A DNA stretch of 64,000 bases, from IMG/VR virus record IMGVR_UViG_3300047476_001246. One strand, given 5' to 3'. The stretch is from a virus. Position numbers and translations under genes: made by a program. The first letter of the stretch is position 1. Each line of letters opens with the position of its first letter. This document shows, piece by piece, positions 58,796 to 64,000 of the stretch. The notes beneath the pieces were generated by a model, which was not told where the DNA came from, did not search any database, and worked only from the letters and a program-made list of their open reading frames with translations.

Positions 58796-58872
58796 TGGCT
58801 GACCAGGTAGGGCTCGAACCTACGACATTCTGATTAACAGTCAGACGCAACTACCAACTGTGCTACTGGTCA
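58796..58872 (-). tRNA. tRNA-Asn(GTT)
   Basis: Cloverleaf, CCA end. Confidence 0.92.
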
Positions 58873-58888
58873 ATAAAACTTATAAATC

Positions 58889-58962
58889 TGGTAGCCCGTG
58901 ACAGAATCGAACTGCCGTAACCGCCGTGTAAAGACGGAGTTCTACCATTAAACTAACGGGCC
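58889..58962 (-). tRNA. tRNA-Val(TAC)
   Basis: Cloverleaf, CCA end. Confidence 0.9.
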
Positions 58963-59393
58963 TTATATTCTTGCAAATATCTATTGCGTTTTGTATCTTT
59001 TTTATATCTATTGCCTTGTCCTTTACTACCAAAGTTTTCTGTTTGCGTATGGCAGTTAGGACAAAGTAGCCTTAAATTACTAGGGAAATTATTATCACTA
59101 TCACCATCAATATGGTCTAATTGTAACATAAGAGGCTTTTTATTCCAAATAGAACTTTGCCCACATTCCTCGCATATTTCCCCGCGTGTCTCAATTAAGT
59201 ACTTTTTAAGAGCACGAGATCCATCACTTACTTTACCTTCTAAAATTCTAGGAATTGTTTCATTGTACCACTTAAACAAGCCTTGACAATTATTATCACA
59301 AAACTTGTTTATTTTACTATGCCCCCACAGATTTTCTTTTCTGCAGTGCAAACAGTTATATTTCCTATTGCTACCTTTAATTCCGCTCGGCAT
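58953..59393 (-). mobile_element. HNH homing endonuclease associated with tRNA-Val
   Basis: CEECG, LDHIDGDSDNN, LLCPNCH; stop lies inside the tRNA 5' end. Confidence 0.85.
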
Positions 59394-59432
59394 AACATAG
59401 ACCTCCTATTATATTTAGCAAAGGTCTATGTT
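59394..59432 (-). promoter_or_regulatory. RBS-sequestering hairpin with late promoter motif in its loop
   Basis: AACATAGACCT/AGGTCTATGTT 11-bp stem enclosing TAAATA and overlapping AGGAGG. Confidence 0.75.
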
Positions 59433-59443
59433 TTTGATTTATT

Positions 59444-59530
59444 TGGTGGGTGCTGATGGTAATGCTCCACGTGCCTTGACTTCCCTACCTTTAGGAATGG
59501 TTTTACAGACCACCGTAGGGGGCAACACCC
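59444..59530 (-). ncRNA. Aberrant tRNA-Tyr(GTA)-like RNA
   Basis: Acceptor stem plus ACCA and GTA anticodon arm, but no D-arm and a non-canonical T-loop. Confidence 0.7.
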
Positions 59531-59539
59531 ATTTAACTT

Positions 59540-59615
59540 TGGTGGAGGTTATCGGACTCGAACCGATCACCCTTAGCTTGCAAAGCTAATGCTCTCCCAG
59601 ATGAGCTAAACCCCC
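59540..59615 (-). tRNA. tRNA-Ala(TGC)
   Basis: G3:U70, CCA end. Confidence 0.93.
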
Positions 59616-59618
59616 AAA

Positions 59619-59870
59619 TTAATTTTCTCTAACATGTTTGGCGTCAACACAAGTTTCGCCTTTGAACACATACACATCTGAATCTACTCGTAGCTGTTCA
59701 AACACTTGATTGTTCACGCAAATATATGGATCTCGATGATTTTGCATGTAGTAAAAGACTGCATAACCAATACCAGCTAATATCATTAGTATAGGAATAT
59801 ACTTAAGATATTTCACAATTTCGGGCATTGCACCCAAAATTTGCGGTAAGTTTTTTAACAGGTCTTTCAT
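59619..59870 (-). CDS. Membrane-anchored hypothetical protein
   Basis: Single TM; TAAATA upstream. Confidence 0.6.
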   Translation of the reverse strand: MKDLLKNLPQILGAMPEIVKYLKYIPILMILAGIGYAVFYYMQNHRDPYICVNNQVFEQLRVDSDVYVFKGETCVDAKHVREN

Positions 59871-59883
59871 ACTCGTATTTAAC

Positions 59884-59944
59884 CATTCTGAAGCACACTA
59901 TGCCACGCTTTGAACCTGGACTCTTAGTAATGTGCTTTAGAATG
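59884..59944 (-). repeat. Conserved-stem hairpin unit 1
   Basis: CATTCTAAAGCACATT...AGTGTGCTTCAGAATG. Confidence 0.75.
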
Positions 59945-59945
59945 T

Positions 59946-60836
59946 GCTAACGCTGAGATTACACGTTAGCCACAAGCACCTCTAGCATTATAGTACGCCT
60001 TGCGAGCATACCTTCTCTAGACATCCACTAAATCCTGTTATCACACAGTAATCTAGTCTGCTTGCAGCATCGCCGTTTTTATGGTCAGGCAGTAGACCAG
60101 TCGTTACGTGCTACTCTGTACCTTATTTTCCGTTGAACTTGCGGTCCATTAAGCCTTGCGAGCTACGAAACTTCTAGTACAAATTAGTGTCACCTTGCGA
60201 GCTTCACTAAACTCAATTGGCTCACGCCTTGAGTGTTAGATGCTTTTCGCACATAACCGGAGCAGTCTTTGCATTTTTGTAATGATAGTTGGATTCGAAC
60301 CAACTGCCGTCAGATTAAAAAGTCTGTCGCTCTACCGATGAGCTATATCAACCTACTACGATGTGCTGCTCCAGTTGCTGAATAAAGTTTTGCTCTACCC
60401 AATACAACACACCATGTACCTTTTGCCTGCCGGCTACTCAGTAGTCCTTCGCGATTAGTGTGACCCCGCCGTTGCCGACAGCCCCACCGACCACTTGTAC
60501 TGCACACAAGCCCTTGGCTGCGAAACCTCGGACAAATGCACTACCCTTTCTCATACCAGTTAACTGATTGGTTTTGCAGTGAAGTCAGCACCACCTGTTA
60601 CTTTCCTTGCACCCTGGTTCCCTTGCGGGCCAGTCGATACAAGTTCTTTCCACTACATCAGCTTCGCTGTTAAATCCACCCGTCTTATAAGTGAACGCTA
60701 CCTCACGGTAGTGAGCAGGCTTGTTTAAGCGGACCATTGCTGGCGCAGGCGTGTAGGACGCTGCTGCTTTGGGTCACTCACGTGACTTATCCTTAGTTAG
60801 ACGGCGAACCGTCTAGCAAGAGATTAAACTCCCTAA
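59946..60836 (-). ncRNA. Large structured ncRNA, GOLLD-like (~890 nt)
   Basis: No ORF in the ORF track, GC-richer, many GCAA-loop hairpins, embedded tRNA-like element, 3' ...GTAATCTCAG hairpin, own promoter, within a tRNA cluster. Confidence 0.68.
60281..60352 (-). ncRNA. tRNA-Lys-like element with 8-nt anticodon loop inside the large ncRNA
   Basis: Intact D and T arms; loop CTTTTTAA; no CCA. Confidence 0.7.
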
Positions 60837-60842
60837 GTATCT

Positions 60843-60871
60843 ATAATAAAACAAATTCAAATTCTTGTCAA
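60843..60871 (-). promoter_or_regulatory. Sigma70-type promoter for the GOLLD-like RNA
   Basis: TTGACA-N17-TATTAT. Confidence 0.75.
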
Positions 60872-60883
60872 CTACTTTTTTAT

Positions 60884-60976
60884 CATATTGAAACACACTG
60901 ACTACATTGGCAAACCCGTTTGGGATTTACAACCGTTGTCTGGGCGGTGATCCGCTTACAATGCATTTCAATATGG
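60884..60976 (-). repeat. Conserved-stem hairpin unit 2
   Basis: CATATTGAAATGCATTG...CAGTGTGTTTCAATATG. Confidence 0.8.
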
Positions 60977-61073
60977 CCGGTCTGTCCTGTTGTTACAGTC
61001 CATCTAGGCTGAACAGCATTTGCAACTGACTGAACGGATACTCTTAATACCCATCTTTAGAACTGACCGTCTA

Positions 61074-61148
61074 CCATATTGAAGCACACTATCACAAACT
61101 ACAGGCACGACTAAGAGCCCGGGAAAAAGACAATGTGCTTCAATATGG
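61074..61148 (-). repeat. Conserved-stem hairpin unit 3
   Basis: CCATATTGAAGCACATT...AGTGTGCTTCAATATGG. Confidence 0.85.
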
Positions 61149-61248
61149 CAACAATGTTGACTACCCTTCTAGCCCACGGTCAAGTTCTGCTAGTCGCTCT
61201 AGGGTCATTGGCGGTACTGTTTGCACAGGCAGACCCAATCATTGTTTA

Positions 61249-61411
61249 CCATATTGAAGCATACTCCGGCAAGGACTCGCACCTCGCTCCACCCTGTCCC
61301 AAACTACTTACGGATACGAGATTCAGTCTTCCGGACGACTTCATCTTATCTTACCGCTTTCACCCAAGGTGCATGCGAACGTCATACACTACAGAATGTG
61401 CTTCAATATAG
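61249..61411 (-). repeat. Conserved-stem hairpin unit 4
   Basis: ATATTGAAGCACATTC...GAGTATGCTTCAATAT, ~130-nt insert. Confidence 0.8.
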
Positions 61412-61752
61412 ATCCCACCGTTAACGACAGCATTTGTCCTAGCTTTATTTTGAGTCGGTTAATGCACGGTGGGAACACATGCCGACCTGTCGTATTTTCG
61501 TGTACTGTTGCTTGCCCCAAGGGTTAGGTACCTACCTCAGCGACTCATACTGGTCGACGACAACGACCGCTGCTCTTAAATTACATCTAGTACAAACAAA
61601 TGCTTGGGGAATCGAACCCCGCCTGCTCCCCTTTCGGCAACTCATTCACCCCTGCAAGGGTTTCAACTCTGCGTACTCGGTTCACCGTGCTAGCCAATAC
61701 ACTTAGCAGCCTGTCATAGTTCATTGCAGTGCCCTATGAGCAGTTTTGTACT

Positions 61753-61826
61753 ATATAGAAACACACTGCCGATTAGTTATCAAGAAACGACCTGATGATC
61801 AAGTCAGGCTCAGTATGTTTTTATAT
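61753..61826 (-). repeat. Conserved-stem hairpin unit 5
   Basis: ATATAAAAACATACTG...CAGTGTGTTTCTATAT. Confidence 0.7.
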
Positions 61827-61917
61827 GCAGTCTCGTTTAGCGTCCGAGACTGCCAAGACGGGGTCTGTAGACTGCTGACAATTTATCACATTATACGCCG
61901 TCAGCAAAGGCGAGCTT

Positions 61918-62013
61918 TGGGTGCAGGATCAAGGGGTCGAACCTCGACGCGACATATCTAGAATAACCACGTTGAGCCTGCTCAACATGGCGTCGCCCAG
62001 TCCACTTCCTGCA
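61918..62013 (-). ncRNA. tRNA-like RNA without an anticodon loop
   Basis: TGCAGGA/TCCTGCA-CCCA acceptor, GGTTCGACCCC T-arm, long hairpin replacing the anticodon arm. Confidence 0.7.
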
Positions 62014-62017
62014 TAAC

Positions 62018-62092
62018 TGGTACACCGTAGGAGAATCGAACTCCTCTTACCTGCGTGAAAGGCGGGTGTCCTAACCGATAGACGAACGGTGC
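62018..62092 (-). tRNA. tRNA-Glu(TTC)
   Basis: Cloverleaf, CCA end. Confidence 0.9.
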
Positions 62093-62100
62093 ATAACTTT

Positions 62101-62175
62101 TGGCGTCTCTGGATGGAATCGAACCACCATCACAAGTTTCGTAGACTCGTATCCTATCCGTTGAACGACAGAGAC
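62101..62175 (-). tRNA. tRNA-Arg(ACG)
   Basis: Cloverleaf, CCA end. Confidence 0.9.
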
Positions 62176-62179
62176 TGTG

Positions 62180-62370
62180 TATTCTTGCTTAGGCCACGTG
62201 GTTCCACCCATCGCCCCTATGCTGGAGTTGTTGCCCTGTCCGAACACTAATGCGGTTTGCTACGTAGTGTCCACGCTGCTATGTTGTCTGCTTACGTCTG
62301 CGCTGTCGGTGCCATAGCCACCGGACTGTCTCATAGTCAACGCCAACTTTATGGATAGTTGGAATCCGGA
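62180..62370 (-). ncRNA. Structured ncRNA B (possibly manA-like)
   Basis: 17-nt motif identical to ncRNA A followed by GGGGC-hairpin-GTGGCC; promoter-like sequence just upstream; ends approximate. Confidence 0.5.
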
Positions 62371-62523
62371 ATCTGTATAATAGCAAAAATTATCTTTTTA
62401 GTCTACCATAATTTAGTACACTGTGATTAACAAGTTTATCGGCAGCATCCTCTTGTTGTGGATGTCAGATCTCCTGGACAATCTAATGTCTCGGGCACTG
62501 CCTTATATCAACGTACTAAATTA

Positions 62524-62607
62524 TGGTGCCCCAGGCGAGACTCGAACTCGCACGCCTTGCAGCACTGGCTTCTAAGACCAGCGTGTCTACCATTCCACCA
62601 CCAGGGC
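62524..62607 (-). tRNA. tRNA-Leu(TAG)
   Basis: Variable arm, CCA end; promoter TTGACA-N17-TATAAT at 62675-62703. Confidence 0.92.
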
Positions 62608-62751
62608 AATGTTTACAAATTGTTAATGAACCTGTTTCTTACTGCTTGTCTGTGTTGTCTTACACAGTTTCATTATTATATGGAATATTGCTATTCCTGT
62701 CAACTACTTTTTTGTGTTGTATTTTTGCAACACAGTTGCTACTTTGTTAAC

Positions 62752-62827
62752 TGGTAGTAGAGGTCGGACTCGAACCGACGATAAACACCGTATGAAGGTG
62801 GTGCATTGGCCGCTATGCTACTCTACC
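62752..62827 (-). tRNA. tRNA-Met(CAT), elongator-like
   Basis: Loop TTCATAC, CCA end. Confidence 0.82.
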
Positions 62828-62828
62828 G

Positions 62829-62905
62829 TGGTACCCACTCTTGGAATTGAACCAAGGACCCTCGCCTTATCAAGACGATGCTCTGACCAACTGAGCTAAG
62901 TGGGC
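62829..62905 (-). tRNA. tRNA-Ile(GAT)
   Basis: Cloverleaf, CCA end; promoter TTGACA-N17-TACAAT at 62914-62942. Confidence 0.92.
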
Positions 62906-62943
62906 ATTTTTAAATTGTACTAAAAACTACCTTTATTGTCAAC

Positions 62944-63018
62944 TGGCCGGTCCGGACAGATTCGAACTGCCGACAGCTGGTTTCGAAGACCAGAACTCTT
63001 CCGCTGAGCTACGGACCG
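62944..63018 (-). tRNA. tRNA-Arg(TCG)
   Basis: Cloverleaf, CCA end. Confidence 0.88.
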
Positions 63019-63025
63019 TAATACG

Positions 63026-63101
63026 TGGTGCTGCCTCTAGGAATCGAACCTAGTTCAACGGCTCTTCAGACCGCCGCTATGACCACATCAGCTAAAGCAG
63101 C
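63026..63101 (-). tRNA. tRNA-Phe(GAA)
   Basis: Cloverleaf, CCA end. Confidence 0.9.
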
Positions 63102-63102
63102 A

Positions 63103-63176
63103 TGGTGCTCCCAACTGGTAATGATCCAGTGTTTCTACATTACCAATGTAGTGTAATACCTTTATACTATAGGAGC
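63103..63176 (-). tRNA. tRNA-Thr(GGT), atypical T-loop
   Basis: Cloverleaf, T-loop ATCATTA, CCA end. Confidence 0.8.
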
Positions 63177-64000
63177 TTTATCTACTAGAATTGAAAATAA
63201 TTTTTGCTTGTATTGATCAATAAAATTTTTACGTACATTTGCTTCAATATCGTGAAAGTTAAAATCCTTGAACAATGTGTTTCTAACAGTGTTAAACGAG
63301 TAATCGGGATGATTCATCGAGCTCACTGCTATAGCAAATTGCCCACTAATATGTAGTTTGTCGGATTGAAAACTTTCTTTCATAATGAAGTTAGATAGTT
63401 TACTGACACGTTCATAACTGGTATTTTTATTTTTCCAGTTCATAATTTTATCAAATTTTTTAATAGCATACTGTACGTGGGGTACAACAGTATCTACATC
63501 GTCGTCCTCATAATATCCGTAAGATTTATAATTTTTTACAATATCACTTGAATATGTTGTTAAATCTTGTCGGTATATCCTTAATGCATTAAAAATCCAA
63601 CTGTGAAGAGGAACGTCCTGTTTCATTATTGCTTCAAATGTCTTTAAATTTGATTCCTCGGTATCTTCGGGCAAACCTGCTATAAAACTGCCATGCAATG
63701 ATAAATCTTTATCATACTTTTTTCTAAGATATTCCAAAGTTTGAATTTGTTTACTGATATTAAAACCTTTACCGATTAATTTTGCACTCACCGGATTAAG
63801 TGTTTCTATTCCAAAGAACATAGATCTTACACCAATATCATACAGCAAGTCTATTGTGTGTGGTCGTGTGGCCAAAAGGTCCAGACGATGATATCCCCAA
63901 AACTCTGGTTGGAAAGGCAATTTTTTAATTATGCTGTGCAATCGGTGCAATTTTGCTTCGTGATCATTGAATGTATCATCTACCAGCAAATATGTTTTAA
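63162..64000 (-). CDS. B12-binding-type radical SAM protein, 3' part
   Basis: DDTFN, FFGIET, SFIAGLPEDT motifs; starts beyond the window. Confidence 0.75.
   Translation of the reverse strand, partial: KTYLLVDDTFNDHEAKLHRLHSIIKKLPFQPEFWGYHRLDLLATRPHTIDLLYDIGVRSMFFGIETLNPVSAKLIGKGFNISKQIQTLEYLRKKYDKDLSLHGSFIAGLPEDTEESNLKTFEAIMKQDVPLHSWIFNALRIYRQDLTTYSSDIVKNYKSYGYYEDDDVDTVVPHVQYAIKKFDKIMNWKNKNTSYERVSKLSNFIMKESFQSDKLHISGQFAIAVSSMNHPDYSFNTVRNTLFKDFNFHDIEANVRKNFIDQYKQKLFSILVDKAPIV

Noticed and set aside
59946-60836. tmRNA, RNase P RNA or group I intron identity for the large RNA
   Set aside because: No Ala-type tRNA-like ends or tag ORF, no recognisable RNase P P4 consensus, and no interrupted host gene
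61785-61810. Hammerhead ribozyme (CTGATGA core)
   Set aside because: No stem II followed by GAAA downstream; same problem for the CTGATGAG near 51155 on the minus strand
59884-61826. CRISPR array
   Set aside because: Repeats are inverted pairs enclosing inserts of very unequal length with irregular spacing; no cas genes in the window
61133-62899. Plus-strand ORFs in the ncRNA/tRNA region
   Set aside because: Antisense to tRNAs and hairpin units, with no RBS and atypical composition

Overview
64-kb segment of a large, AT-rich, T4-like (myovirus/jumbo-type) dsDNA phage genome. Spanins and Proteobacteria-like erpA/clpP/infA suggest a Gram-negative host. Almost all genes are on the minus strand. 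Left to right: 5' half of a family B DNA polymerase; auxiliary genes (dps, radical SAM); probable head-packaged modular proteins; clpA/dnaJ; a lysis cassette (GH19 endolysin, spanins); phoH; clamp loader, groES, mazG; baseplate/tail-fibre genes; erpA/SOD/infA; an amidinotransferase-aminoacyltransferase cluster; many short accessory genes behind sigma70-type promoters; clpP; and a tRNA/ncRNA region with 23 near-canonical tRNAs, several aberrant tRNA-like RNAs and a ~890-nt GOLLD-like RNA. Strongest leads: (1) five hairpins with a conserved ~15-bp stem and unique loops around the GOLLD-like RNA; (2) a metallophosphoesterase whose DxH motif is split by a 10-nt insert with matched CTT codons, an in-frame TAG and a 12-bp hairpin (candidate ribosomal bypass); (3) in-frame protein cassettes bounded by a DNA-conserved GTGGCGGAAG(G) (VAE/G) repeat; (4) HNH genes fused to tRNA 5' ends. 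All calls come from reading the sequence; no database searches were run.
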